A DNA stretch of 58,118 bases, the filler included, from Sphacelaria rigidula (Eukaryota): the NCBI GenBank assembly GCA_964200075.2. It is 9 parts of 9 records of this genome, joined end to end, with 100 filler letters (N's around TTAATTAATTAA, not from the genome) between each part and the next. Parts side by side here need not be neighbours in the genome. Positions count along the whole stretch, not along the records: positions 12,939 to 19,307 come from CAXNAA020020489.1; positions 19,408 to 25,776 come from CAXNAA020020490.1; positions 25,877 to 32,245 come from CAXNAA020020491.1; 6 more parts are not named here. One strand, written 5' to 3'. The notes beneath the pieces are model-generated. The model made no database searches. It saw only the letters and a program-made list of their open reading frames with translations, and had not been told where the DNA came from. Each line of letters begins with the position of its first letter. Within the stretch, counting starts at the first letter, position 1. Positions 16,103 through 29,375 of this stretch are shown in pieces. The position numbers and the translations under genes are program-made.

Positions 16103-17530
16103 GAGAGCATTGGCGGCGCGATCGGCGAGCGCAGTGGGCGTGGGAGCCGAAGGAGCGGCGGATGAAGGCGCGACCAGCGCCGCATACTCCTGAAGGAGTC
16201 GATCTTATTCGTGCCGCGGTCCAGCTAAGGAAATACGTAGCAGGAGGCTGGCGGGAAAATATTTTGTGCCCAAGAGAGAGCGATTGTCGATGGTCGCCGG
16301 AGGCGGAACGACGGTGTCCGCGAGAGCGGCCGTATCGAGCGAAGGCTCAGAGGCTGCGGCCGGCGCGACGGCGGGCATGTCGATATACTTCGAGCCTACG
16401 CTGATTCAAGCGACACCGACTGCTCAATCAGAAAGTAGAAGGCAGCTCGTACAACACCAGTTGCCGAGACGGAGGCGATCAAACAGAGGTATACACATAT
16501 CCTTATTTTCCCGTTGAATATCACCGATATAACATGGGAAAAATATACACTGATCACAGAGGGGCGAGAGGTGCGGGAGTGCTCCTCCATCAGCTCCTTC
16601 GTAAGCTATGACAAATGCCCCTTGTTTCTTCCAATCGAGAACGCACACCACACCTTAAGACAGCTATACGTTTGTTTTTTGTCACCTCGAGAAGGAAAAT
16701 ACGAAAATCCCGTTCTGTAGATCAGTCCGTACTGTCGGGTAATCCGCCGCACATTTTACCAACAATCTCGGAACAGTATATACTGGATCTTACGCTCTTG
16801 CATCTCATGCTGTCCCCCATGAGTCAAATTACCACATGATCAACAGGATACAGCTGCAGTTGGGGGTGGTGATCCACCCGCGCGGACGCTTTCGGCGTCC
16901 GTAACGACCGCGGCGGGGGCGGTGACTGATGGGGGCGGAGTAGCAGAAGGGGCCTTGGCGTCCATGGTCAGTGCAGAGCGAAGATGGTGCTGCAAGTCTG
17001 CAATTCATTTTACAGCAGCACGTATAGTGGCGGCATGTAGACGAGGCGGAAGAGCACGGTCAGCAAGGTGGCCATGAGAGCTGGGTGCGTGATCGTCAGA
17101 CAAAGTCGTGTTGACATGCAACAGAGGTCTTGATTGTGTTTGATTATCGGATCTTGGTATCGAAGACCCAGGGGTAGACCATAGATCTGACAATAAAGCA
17201 CGGGCATCGTGACTATATGTATGTGGTTGTATCACCACTATGAGCTACGTGAGCAGCGTAGTCGTCGATATTCCGTGGCCCGTGGCGAAGGATAGATGGC
17301 TTTGTCTCTTGTATTATCTGAGTGTGCCTTGACGGAGTCGATCCCATGATAGAGGGATCAGATGTGGAGTGAACTCAGACGGTAGAGTCGCAGCCGGGTT
17401 GGGCACGGTACTGTAGTCACACACACTTCACTTTCAGCACCCGTGCGTCAGCATAAATCAATACGCATATGTGCATGTTCAATCAGTGTACGGGTACGTT
17501 CACATGAAAACCCCCTCTGAACCGGTACAT

Positions 17531-19240
17531 CAGTCCTCGTGGCTATATCTCTCTCAAAACAAAAGTTATAAGGGGGAAACTCGGCCATCCGAGCAAAATC
17601 CCCCTCCTCTCAACAGTTTGTGCTCCATGTAGATAATCCATGGACGCCGGTGAAGGCAGATACACGTCATGTCAGGAAACGCCCTACAAAACCCATGCCC
17701 CTCAAAGTAGCGTAGGTGGATTAACTCAAAATGCGCACAAATGCACCACTAACACCTGAAAATACCCGGAGCTAGCACAAGGGTACACACAAAAACGTAC
17801 CTACTTGTCACCTTCCAAGTTCATAAAAAAAACACCTGTGCCTCGTAAACAGGTTGATCGAGAGAGGCTTCGTCAAAATATCAGCATGCCGCCATCCTGA
17901 ACCTACATGCACAACCCTGATCTTTCCCGTCTCCACCAGCTCTCGAATGAAGTGGTATCTTACGTCGATGTGCTACTCCTTTTGGAACTGAGGAGATGTT
18001 CGGCCAGAGCTTTTGCTCCTTCGTTGTCCTCGTACAGAACATTAGCTTGGTTCATCCCGCATCCCGACACAGTCTGAGGTCGCAGGAACGTCAACACTGC
18101 CTTTACAAGCAGCCCCTCCTTTCCCCCCGTGGTCATTGCGACATACTCTGCCTCCGTAGTTGACAAAGTCACACAGTGTTGCGTGCGACTCGTTGCCGAC
18201 ACTACCACACCACAGTACATTACGGCTACCCCTGAGACCGAACGCCTATCCATTTCCTTTTTTGAACGTAAGTCCAAGCTCCTTTGTCTCGTTACGATAC
18301 TTTGACACTTTCACCACAGCTTCCCAGTGCCTCTCGCACGGATCATGCGACTGGCGAGCGAGCGCTCGTACTGAATTTGCGATGTCGGGTCTAGTGACTG
18401 TTGCCAGCCACATCAGTTCCCCACTGCGTTACGGTGTGGGCGATTCACCTTTTTGTCTTCGCCCGTTGTCGGCCCCAACTTTACAGAAACGGAGGCAGGG
18501 ATTTCCGAGTACCCCCTCACCTCAAAGCGCTTTAGGGGCGTGTCCGTAAACGTGGTTTGCGTCACGGACAGCGTGCCTCTATCCCAGTCGATATCCACTG
18601 CGCACCCCATGTACCATGTGGTCTCTCCGAGATTGTTCGTGGGGAACGTTTTGTTCAGGATTTCGCCCACCTTTCCCACGTTTTCCTCAGAACCACTAAT
18701 AAGAATGTCGTCCACATGGACAACTAAAACCACATGCACGTCTCCTGCATCCTCCATCCTGAAAACACATGGGCCAGCCTCACACTGCACCATCTCGACA
18801 TCCTCCAGTAAAGTTTGGCACAGAAGACGAAACCACTGCCTGCCCGCTTGCTTGACCCCGTGAATAGTTTTTTTCAGCTTCACGGTCATGTCTGTAAAAA
18901 CGGAGCATCCTTCAGGCAACCTCATGTACACGTCATTGTCCATCTCTGCTTGAACGAAAGCCTGTGTCACGTCAAAATGATACAGCGACCACTCTTCCTA
19001 ACTTGCCACTGCCATGACCAGTTTGGTGGAAGCCATGGAGGGCGTTGTCCCCAACGTCTCAAAATAGTCGACTGCAAAACGTTGTCCGAATCCTCGTGCT
19101 ACCAACCTTGCCTTTGCCTTCGTTAGAGTACCACCTGCGTCAGTTTTCCAACTAAAACCCACTTTGCTGATATCACATTTACTCCTTCCGGAGCGGGGCC
19201 AGTCGAAAATGTTCCAGCCTTTTCATGACCTCCTAGTTCA
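17531..19240 (-). mobile_element. Degenerate Ty1/Copia element: RT (RVT_2), RNase H and 3' region
   Basis: KAKARLVARGF.Q, HFDVTQAFVQ, VYMRLPEG, LKK..HG.KQAGRQW, VVHVDDILI, TRPDIA, DRRSVSG, VTLSTTEAEYVA, YEDNEGA, ADILTKPL; frameshifted. Confidence 0.92.
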
Positions 19241-19307
19241 GAGTGATGCTACGGTAGGGGTAGAGAAATAATTTCTGAGATTAGAATTGTTAGGAGCCCC
19301 TTATCTC
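19241..19307. mobile_element. Sola2-like MITE subfamily A, left end only (cut by scaffold end), inserted in Copia RT
   Basis: GAGTGATGCTACGGTAGGGG terminus, matching 23360 onward. Confidence 0.8.
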
Positions 19308-19407
19308 NNNNNNNNNNNNNNNNNNNNNNNNNNNNNNNNNNNNNNNNNNNNTTAATTAATTAANNNNNNNNNNNNNNNNNNNNNNNNNNNNNNNNNNNNN
19401 NNNNNNN
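19308..19407. other. Artificial scaffold spacer
   Basis: N-TTAATTAATTAA-N, 100 nt. Confidence 0.97.
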
Positions 19408-20287
19408 CCGCCCCCCGCGGCCAACCCACTCCCCCCCCCCCCCCCCCCCCCCCCCCCCGCATCATCTACCGTCAGTCGAAATTGAAAATCTTGTTTAACT
19501 ACCGGTATCGATTGTACTTCATAACTGCAGATTCGATCCGATCACCTAACGCCTTCTCCTGCCGGGAGTTCGAGCACCCCCTCAAAATCGAAAGCACTCG
19601 CTCCACAGACGCGGACGATGGCTGGATGAGTACAATATCCATCGCCACGAGATACCAACTGGGAAGCCTGTTCTTGTTGTCATCTCAAAACGACAGCAAA
19701 CCGTACTCCGAGTGCGGGCCTGAGGCTGCGACCAAATGGTCGTCCTTATCGGACAGTAGGCCCGCCATGACCTCGTGAGTTACAAACGCTGTCATCACTC
19801 AATATCCCTTCTCTCTGTTGGTGCTCCTGTTACTACTGCTGTACAAAGTACAAAGTATAAGTATTATATTCATTTTGTATCTAGTCACATTTTCGAAAGC
19901 AACATAGTACCGTGTGTATTAAACATAAAGTGGAGCAGTCTGCTCATCAGACCCGCAACAAAACAGGAACACGAAACATGACCAGGGAAATTCGAAGTAT
20001 TGAGTGTTTGAGCCTGAAGCCTGACGCCTGTCGGCCTGTCTGGTGACGAGTTACGCCGCATGGAGCACTTGCGAGCAAAACAATGCTGCAACTTTATGCG
20101 CGTTTTAAGAAAGTTAAGCTCGATTCAAGCGTATTAACCTGATTATAAGCTTTGCGCTAAACAGACCTATTTAAGCTTAAAAAACCAACTTGAGCTGATT
20201 TTTGTGCGCGCATACGGAACTAAAGCCTAATGGTTACATTTGTGGGTTGTTTGTGTGGATGTACAGTACATACCCTGGCTTCAAAAT

Positions 20288-20464
20288 TTTCCACACCCTG
20301 GACAATATATGGTCTATATATGCAATATACGAGAAGTGTACTGCATGAAGTATAGGCCTATTGCAACCATTGCCGGCCGACAGTAGTCGCAATAGGCTTA
20401 TACTATATGCAGTACTTTTCTTGTCTGTTGCAACTATTAACCGTATTTTGTCCAAGGTGTGAAA
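20288..20464. mobile_element. Foldback MITE (family F3)
   Basis: cacaccctggacaatatatggt...accgtattttgtccaaggtgtg; the whole element is an imperfect hairpin; same TIR as 32661-33453. Confidence 0.7.
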
Positions 20465-20571
20465 TGTTTCCTGAGTTGTTCTAAGAAACGGCCGCGTCGT
20501 CTTGCCTTGAATTTGGAGCGCGGCTACTTGTAGCAAGTTTCTTTTCGAGGCAATGATTTCTTTTTGCTTTA

Positions 20572-20613
20572 TGTTGTCGTTGTTGTTGTCGTTGTTGTTG
20601 TCGTTGTTGTTGT
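20572..20613. repeat. (TTG)n/(TCG) microsatellite
   Basis: Trinucleotide run seen directly; a second run at ~20959-20998. Confidence 0.85.
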
Positions 20614-22650
20614 TTCGTTCTCGTCTTCATTTCAATTTTTTCGTGACGCCCACGCGCGCGGTCCCTGCTCGGGTTTTGAGCTACTACATTTTTTTGCCTT
20701 TTTTTCCCCTTCAATGACGCTCTTTTGTGTCAAAATTGCGAGTTGTTGTTCGCTTCTTGCCTTGAGTTGAAACTATCTTCTCTTGCTCTTGCTCTTGTTG
20801 AATGTTGTTGAATGTTGTTGAATGTCGTTAAATAGGATTTCTTCCCTATCTCGAGCTCGGGCGAGGGACGCGAGGGCACTGGAACGTGACCGTATCCTCA
20901 ATCCAGACAAGTACAAGCGCGTGCATCGCTGGATGAGGGGTAAGCAAAACACGCTTACGTTGTTGTTGTTGGTGTTGGTGGTGGTGGTGGTGGTGTTGCT
21001 GTTTGTTGCGCTCCCTGCTGATGCTCGTGCAGTTTGGATGGAAAATGAATTGGTGAAAAACAAGTTGCGACAGCTCCAGTATTGTCTCGACACTTCCGTG
21101 TTTCTGTTCTTATTTCGTCCAAGATCTGTTTTGTAATCCGCTTACATCACGCACTTCCATTTTTTACTCCCCTGTGCCTCGGACATGCTATGCCGACCCT
21201 CGTCATTTCCCTCCCTGACATCTCTGTTGTCGCTGTTTTTTTCTTCTTCCCATCTGTCGCCGATCTCAGAGGATTCGCACACAACTGGTGGTGCCACTGC
21301 TAGGCCAGCGAGGTGGGGGGAAGAGCGCCGGCGAAGCGACATTCGACTGAAGTAGCGGGGTCCTCAGAAGAAACAAAATTGTAGTTATGTCGAACCCTCT
21401 AGTGTTGAAGAAGGCGACTTCTGATCAGGAGTGGCCTCCGCGACATGGAAGAATGATGAAGCAACAAGAGGTCGAATATGTAAGGGGTTCAAACGTTTTT
21501 CGGCTGAAACAGAAGCCAAGGGTACCATCGAAAAGGGATGGGAAGAACGTATGACAGTGGAACGGGTGCAGGGATGCGGATGAGAGTGGAAATGATGAAG
21601 TAGAGCGCATGAGAATGGAAAGGATGAAGTATAACGTAGGAGAGTTGGAAGGACGAAGTACAACAAAGAAGATTGGAAAGGATGAAGAGCGCGGACTCAA
21701 AATTGTACCGATCAAAAGTACGTCGGGTATGAGAAGAGCGTCTCGCTGCAGCAACGCAGGCATTCACTCGTTTTGCACCCCAAAATGACCTCTCCCTGTA
21801 AGAATTAGAAATGGAATTAGCACCGGCTCGAAAGCACCCCAAAATCTGTAGGTGAACCGACGTTTTCCTTCCCGACATAGCGTGGGCGCGAAAAAAGTAC
21901 TCAAAAGTAGTTGATGGAGTAGGTGTTCACGACGACGAACGAAAATCGCCTTGGATAGGCGCACGCTCAAAACGCACGCAGAGCACACACGCTGTAAGGA
22001 ACGAAGCAAAATAGGACACGCTCGAGATCCGCAAGCGCACTGGTACCATATGAAAGGGTACGGCGAGGACACGATCTTAGCGCCGGAAGTACGTGGGGCT
22101 AGAAATTTCGTTATTCTGTTCGCATTCAGCTGAGATACGTGGCGCGCAGAGAACCAGAAAAAAAAAATAGCGGTTGCTATGTGTCGAGGCTCGAACTTTG
22201 GTTGTCGAAACGACATTTTCGCCTACGCAGGATCGGCGCACCCGCGATGAAAACGTCGTTTTGTGGTATTTGGCGTGGATGAAAGAGGCGTCGAGCCCGT
22301 CGTCGATCTATCTGCGGAGGCAGGCCGTGTGAGCGGTTCATCTGGCGGGCCGGCCGATCTGTCGATGTGGTGATATACTGTATTTTATGTGCATGCGAGT
22401 ATGTGGCGTCTGCTTGTTGAGTCCTGTACCAAAAGTGTGTGTCTTCTCGGGGGTGTTCCTATTGTACGTGCCTAGAGCGCTACACTAGCAATAACGCTGA
22501 TCAATTTTTGCTTGTGCACCCTTGGCCGTGATGTGAACGACATTATAGCGAAAAATGCGGGCATTGCCAACGATGCACAAATGCGCTCGAAGTGTATCCC
22601 ACAACGTACGTAAACGTGTCACCGGACTAGTGGTGTGTGGTGCATGATAT

Positions 22651-23054
22651 AACAGCCGATCATCGAAATTGAGGATGAGAACTCGGAGGACTAAGATCTT
22701 CGTATCCACACCAAATCCCCGAATTATGGTTCAACTTCTGTACCTACTGGTAGCTATTGACAAGTACACCACGCCATACAAAGTTGGATTCCTAGGTGGA
22801 ACACCAGTTTGAGGGGATTTCGGCGATCCGATTGGATCACCTAGATTCCACAAAATTGTTTTTTTCATCTAGGACCCCAACATTTCGGGTATCGAAATCC
22901 AAAGTTGTGGCGGGTGTAGCAGGTGTCAATAGCTACCAGCAGGTGAAGGAATGGAGCCATAATTCGAAGATTTGGTGTGGGTACGAAGGTTTGTCTCCTT
23001 CGGGTTCTCATCCTCACTGAAAAGCTCCATCCTCAATCTCGATGATCGGCTGTT
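22651..23054. mobile_element. Foldback MITE (family F1, variant termini aacagccgatcatcga)
   Basis: Long inverted arms; internal identity to 3825-4268 (cgtatccacaccaaatc, gctattgacaa, ctaggaccccaacatttcgg). Confidence 0.85.
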
Positions 23055-23359
23055 CATATGTAGTGCGCGTATGTTTCACCTGTGCTACGGCACAGACCTG
23101 ATTTTCGATGAAGAATCATGGAGAGAGACTGAGACAGAGAGAGGGAGAGACAAGGGGGAGAGGCAGAGATGCTGGATACAAGAAAGAGAGAGATGCTTGA
23201 TACAGGAAAGTACACCAGAATCAGATGGATTCTTAACAAAACAAGAACTTGAGAAACGGGACTTACTGAAAGGCACCATTCTAATCCCAACGAGGAATGA
23301 ACGATGATGAGAAACAGGAAAGGCACGTTAGCATATCCAGGATTGAAGACATGGATAAC

Positions 23360-23562
23360 AAGTGATGCTACGGTAGGGGTACAGAAATATTTTCTGAGAT
23401 TAGAATTGTTAGGAGCCCCTTATCTCATCCNNNNNNNNNNCCCGAATAAATCTGCAAACGGGGACGCCCTGGCCCATATTCTTGTACGTCTAGAATCGTT
23501 AAGAGCCCCTGAACCGGACAAAATTTCGCAAAACTAGTGCACTCCTACTACCGTAGCTGCTC
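23360..23562. mobile_element. Sola2-like MITE subfamily A
   Basis: TIR (A)AGTGATGCTACGGTAGGGG / CTACCGTAGCTGCTC; TSD TAAC on both sides; small internal N gap. Confidence 0.85.
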
Positions 23563-24530
23563 TAACTCTAGGCTAAGGTCAAATTATTGAATGTCGAACT
23601 GGATTTGTATTGAAGAGCCTCTCCACTAGGTAGCACCACTCGCTGTGCATTTTCGTCACGCTTTCAACACTACCCCTTCGCCGTGACGAATCCGTGGTCA
23701 CAAGGGATCAACCCATCTCTTCCGCGGTTCGGTGTGTTTATCCGCAGTCTCGACAAGATTTGAGCGCAAAAAGCGTCATGCCCAAATGTTTTGTGCATGA
23801 ATTCAGTCGCTGAAGTCCTCGGATGATGCATAGTGTGATCGGTGGCTGCGCCGGCGGCCACCGCGCCTGCTTGTGCTACCTCTCGCGCTGTCATCCTTTC
23901 TCCTTGAACCTCTTCTCGAAACATCGGCAGGATCGCCGCGACCATGAGCAGACGCAATCAAAAAGTGTAAAAACGCATAATGCGCCGAGGGAGGGAAAAA
24001 AAAAAACACCGCGAGACACGAAGGTCAGTAGTAGTAGTGGCACATCGCCACATACATCCATACTTTAAAGTATATGAAAAACACGGAGTAGGAAATATTA
24101 TGATGTTGATGGCACGGCGAAGTCCACAGCATTGACAGCACAAGGGAGGGGAGGGGCCATCGCAAGGCGAAAATACAACATGCTTCATGCAGTTATCCCT
24201 GAGAAGCCGAATAAACTAACGGGGAAGGTCATTGCAGTACTTGAGGTAGTGCGGATACCACCACACAGATCGGATACAAATCCCTCCAGTGTCCGTCGAG
24301 GACGAATCCCCGCTTCACAATGGCGACACAACGAGGAAACTTTACCATGTGTATGCATCATAGACAACAGATTCCGGTCCACTTCTAGCCACCGATCAGC
24401 GCGACGAACGCTGGAAGTCCAGTGGGCGAGACAAAGTCGTGGAATTGGTGGGGGGCAAGGACACTGGTGGGTGCCTGGCAAGCAACGGCCAGAGAGTGAC
24501 GGGAAAGTCTTCCCCCCCGACATTGTTGGC

Positions 24531-24787
24531 GAGCGATGCTACGGTAGGGGTGCACTTTTTTCGCGAAATTTTGTCTGGTTCAGGTGCTCCTAACGATTCT
24601 AGACGCACAAGAATATGGGTCAGGGTATTCCCATTTGCAGATTCATTCGGGATATCCCCAGCACATTGGAATAGTATTCCTGGCGTACTTGCGCATACTT
24701 TCGTAAGTCGTGTTTTGGATGAGATAAAGGACTCCTAACAACTGTAACCTCAGAAAATATTTGTGCACCCCCACCGCAGCATCACTC
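24531..24787. mobile_element. Sola2-like MITE subfamily A, complete
   Basis: GAGCGATGCTACGGTAGGGG...CCCCACCGCAGCATCACTC; TSD TGGC. Confidence 0.9.
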
Positions 24788-25099
24788 TGGCTTGGCAACG
24801 CAACACACGCAAATTGCACGCAAAAAAGGGTGCACGCAATCCCTCACCGCTTGCCGGACAGGATACCCTTACAAATATCATATTATCCTCAAAGGCTCGC
24901 GAAGGGGCTGATAGGGGGAGGGGGAGAGGGGGTGTACTCATGATATTGCACGCGGTAGTTACGTGACCATTGACGTTGGCTTTCCGGGGGGGCGGGGGGC
25001 GGAGAGAGACCTATTCATGATCTTGCATGCCATAGCCATAAGACCATTTGCCTCGTATCCCTACCAAGCCGGGACGGAGCCCGCCGGGTTTTCGCTGGG

Positions 25100-25250
25100 C
25101 CAGGCTCGCAATAAATGACCAAGCGCGAAGCGCTGTGTTGTGTTCGGCGAGTCGCATAAAGGGTGCGCTATGGCCTGCTAAGATTGTTCGGCCCGAAGCC
25201 TACTGATTATCTTGCATGTGGATGACAGCCTACAACGACTTGCTTCATTT
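25100..25250 (+). repeat. Dispersed repeat (ccaggctcgca...aagattgttcggcccgaag..actgattatcttgcat)
   Basis: Copies at 32346-32492 (+) and ~56015-56166 (-). Confidence 0.8.
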
Positions 25251-25708
25251 TCTGGTATCGCCACTTCCGAAGACAGGCTTGAGTTACACAACGCCTCATG
25301 GGCGTCTCATCATTCAAACACTTTTTGATTGATTGATTGATTGCCGCACTTCTACTGGCCTCCCAGGGATCCAGCCGCGGTCACACGATAGACGCACCCG
25401 AGACGAAACAAAACTGAAGCATTCGCTGAAGAAAACGAAGAAGAAATAGAAAAGGTAGAACATAACAACATCATCATAGTAGACTACGACATGAAAAAGA
25501 GAACAAATGCATAGAAAAAAAAAAAATGGCCGCCCTGTACCACACGACTTCGGCGGACAAGGTCTTGCGAAAAATCACACTGAAACCCAGTCGTGGAAAA
25601 CGAAAGGCCGAAGAAAATGAAAATATCGCGGCTCATCTACTACGACCACTCTATTTAGGGTATGGACCCTCTCATCAATTAACAAACACGATGGAGCGAG
25701 GTACCACA

Positions 25709-25776
25709 AACAGTGTTTTCGTGAGATTGAGAGTAGTAGATGATACGATTGAGAGTGGCTTTGATCATTCGCTTTA
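25709..25776. mobile_element. MITE family F2 terminus, truncated by scaffold end
   Basis: aacagtgttttcgtgagattgagagta matches the TIR of 4985-5284. Confidence 0.7.
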
Positions 25777-25876
25777 NNNNNNNNNNNNNNNNNNNNNNNN
25801 NNNNNNNNNNNNNNNNNNNNTTAATTAATTAANNNNNNNNNNNNNNNNNNNNNNNNNNNNNNNNNNNNNNNNNNNN
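25777..25876. other. Artificial scaffold spacer
   Basis: N-TTAATTAATTAA-N, 100 nt. Confidence 0.97.
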
Positions 25877-25969
25877 GGCAATCAGGCAGAAGAAATCGTG
25901 AATTTGGTGATTTTGAGTCGTGATGATTTGTCCTAACCGTGTACCATTTTGAGGAGAACTTCAGCAAGT

Positions 25970-28265
25970 ATGTGCCACAAGTGAAATGCCTCTGTATTTA
26001 CCAGACTCTGTCCCATCTTTTTTATTGTGCGGAACTTCGAAAGTGACATATCTCCATTCTTACGGCACCTTGCCAGATGTCCAAACCGCAGAGGCGATGC
26101 TGTAGAAGTGGTACAGAATCTCTGACGCCTCCCCGTTCAGTTTAAGCTTCAGGATCTCAGAAAGAATACCATCCGGACCGGTTGCTTTGCCGTTCGACAT
26201 AGCTCTCAGAGCCTCCTCAGTTTCACTTGGGCTTGGCGGGTCTCCAAGTGACAGCGGTATTGGTTGTTGAGCAATCTTCTCGATGACGGTTCGGTCGATA
26301 GTTGCCGACATGGCGTCCACCAATGTGGAGAAGTAGCGTTCCCATCACTCACTTGTCAAACCTTCGTCCCGCAGTATATTGCCGTCCTCATTGCGAATGT
26401 ACTGTTCACTCTCGATTGGTCGTCTGTACAGTCTCCACGCTCCTTTGAGATGTCTGTACCATCCTCTCATGTCCCCCGCTCGAGTATACTCTTCTAGTTC
26501 CATACACATCCATATATTTGTTCACCCCAACTTGGATCACCTCTTTGGCCTTTTTGCATTCTGCTCGCAATGTGCGCCATGCGGGTTCATCTCGAGATGA
26601 TTCCAGTCTCACCGTTCACCTCGCCCTTTCCCTCTCCATCCAGGCCTGCTCGAATTCCGTTAAGATTCCAGCATCCTCGAATCACCCCGGTATACGTGAC
26701 TTTCGGATCAGACGGGGTGGGGTATCAACATTTCAGCGGCACTCAAGAGTACGTCGGCGAAGTTCGTAGCCTGTGAACTACCTGTATCACCGGGTATACT
26801 TTGTTTGACCTTGCTGCTGGGGGAGCTGCTCACGTCTGTCGTAGTCAGATACTCTTGCCCGCCTGTCGATCGACGTACGCCCAAGTGGGATTCGTCAAGG
26901 TCTGTTGTGTGCAAAGCGACCAAGGAGCCACACTGAGGTGCACACGATGTTGGGGTCAGAGTCCGGCGAGTTGGGGGGTTGAAAGTGGACGGTGACGTTG
27001 CGAACTAGCTTGCGGTGATCTTGCCGTGTGAGGATGTATTCAACGCGTTTCTTGTCCGCGGGGCGATTCGCAACACCGTTGAACGTACGCGAGGTGTTTC
27101 CCTTGAGGATGGAAAAGAACATGTTGTTCACGGCAAGGCTGTTGTCGCCCGAAGATTGCACTAGAGGTATGCCGTTACTGTCGTTGGATTAGGAGTCTCG
27201 GTCTTATGCCCGCACAGTGTTTCGTCCCTCTTCGCCTGTTCGTACTCCAGTCCCCGCGTTAGCGTCCATTCAAATAAACAGTCGATATTTGTGGGGGATA
27301 CGGTTCACAATGCCGTCTAACTCAGTCCAGAACACACATCTCTCTTTTTTTGACTGTGGAGTGTCTGTAGGGGCATGTGTAACTACAAACGTTGCAGCAG
27401 TCGACTTACTCGCTAGGTTGAAAGTCATCGACATGAGGCGTTCGCTGATGAGTGCCAGAGTCCACGTCGTCTTGCTGATGATCGACTCCTTGACCGCCAA
27501 CCCAACCCCATGTTGCCCATCCCTTCCCTTGCCCCCCTCTGCCCCGCAACAAAAGGCGCGATATTCCGCTGCACAAAATTCGGTCCGACCCGGTCTCCTC
27601 GTTTCCTCTAGTTCGATGACGTCACATCCGACTTCCTGACATTTTTGTAGGGTCACCTCAGCATGGCCAGCTCCGTTCTTTCTCGTGAGGAACACTGTAC
27701 GGACATTATAGGTAGCCACTTTGAGCTCGCCACTAGGTGGCCTAGCTTTGGCCTTCTATATATTCACGCGTCTTTCTCTTTGCACTGCTCTCCTTCTTGG
27801 TCTGTTTCGCCTCCTAATTTTACGGGCGAGCTTTTGTTTATGTTCCGATTTTTCCTTGGAACGTCGATCACGGTGCTTGCCTTGCTTGTTGGTCTCGCGG
27901 GGAGGGTGCAGCCTTCGAATCCTGTGTCGGCCTCTATCCCCCGTCCGCCGAATCTGATAGTTACTCACTCATCTCCATCAGCGTGCTTTCCGTGACAGTG
28001 TCTCAACGCCCGGTAAAAAGCTCCAGCTGCGGCGTTCGACTTAGCTCCCAGTCTAGGGTAGAACTCCGAAGCTGCAGGATTGAGCCTGGGCGTCAGCACT
28101 ACTGTCTGCATGACCCACTACCTAGACTGTGTGTTACATCGCCTCTGACACGAGACGCAGGTGAGCCAGCCGGTCAACTTACCCTCCCTTGCTTACTTGT
28201 GTTTCCGGTGGTCAATACCCCGCGTTCCCCGGAGTACTAAGTATCGTCGGGGGGCGCTACCCTGG
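25970..28265 (-). mobile_element. Degenerate non-LTR retrotransposon (RTE-like): 5' region, APE endonuclease, start of RT
   Basis: ATYNVRT, CDVI.L.ETRR.G, GVGLAV, SERLM, VV.HAPT, RVEYILTRQ, then the pre-RT motif LRAMSNGKATGPDGI..EILK; multiple frameshifts; 3' truncated. Confidence 0.9.
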
Positions 28266-28729
28266 GTACTCTGGAGTACTCAATAGCCCTGAGGGGAGTT
28301 ATCCTGGGTACCATAGGGGACTGTACGGTGAATAAGGTGGGTGTGAGGACCCGTGCTGGCATGATTGATCAGGATTCGCGGTACGGTTTCTCCCGGATAA
28401 GTCGAATTTGAATTTACAGATGGCAGCGTCACTTTAACAAAGGTAAGCGAGCCGATACATTGACAGACCGTACATTCGACACGTTTCCCTATCCTCGCAT
28501 GACGAAAAGCCGTAAAATAGTACATTCATCCTCCACATATCTCCACGTCATTATTGTAATGACCAGCAGCTGAAACATACCAAGTTCAGAAATCAACCAG
28601 GTAACTTTGTCAGTTTTTTATGTCGAATATCGACATTCAAATACAGCTGGGCAACTGGCTATTGCGTAGACGGCAAAACTTTGACGCACCAAATGATTCT
28701 TGTCGTGCTTCTTCAGTGCAGATTACCAT

Positions 28730-29375
28730 CCAGTACTAAGTATGCACTTTCCCCCGAAAAATGAGTATTTTGGGTTGTCGGTACCCCGGCTATTCGGGAC
28801 AACTTGGTATTTTCGGCGCTCCATACCCTGTGTACCCGGAACACTGAGTACTTTGAGCACTCAGTATCCTGGGTACCTGGGGTGCTCGGTATATAGTTGG
28901 TGCTTCGAGTACCGCAGCGGTCACCTCGGGGCGTGGAAATCCGAGCTACCCTCGAATATTAAACATTCCCGACAATCGGCACCCTGGGTACTTGAAGTAC
29001 CAGGAATGATACCCAGTACTCCGGGAGCCACACCGGGTATTTCGGGGAGCGGGTACCCGAGGTACTCTCGAGTACCGAACATACCCGATAATCGATACGC
29101 TGAGTACGCGAAGTATGCAGGAATTGTACTCGGTACCCCGGCACCACACCGGGTATTTCGGAGGACGAGTTACCGAGGTGACCTGTGGTAGTCATTACTT
29201 CTGACAGATCGTTTTAGCTGTCAATACCCGGAGTATCCTGAAATCACGGGGATTTTCGGTAACCGATACCCCTGCGTATCCATGGGTACGTGATATTCTC
29301 AACGCCCTGAAACCTAGGGTAGCCCAGGATGCGTAACCTACCCTAACCGCTGTGCAAATATTTGGAGGATACCCC
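28730..29375. repeat. Degenerate array of short GGGTAC/GTACCC/GAGTAC motifs in both orientations
   Basis: Dense tacccgg, gggtac and agtact words; similar words at 28260-28315 next to the LINE 5' end. Confidence 0.6.

Noticed and set aside
16462..16723. 5' LTR and primer-binding site of the minus-strand gag element
   Set aside because: TG...CA ends and a following TGG are present, but no second LTR or identifiable tRNA complement supports it
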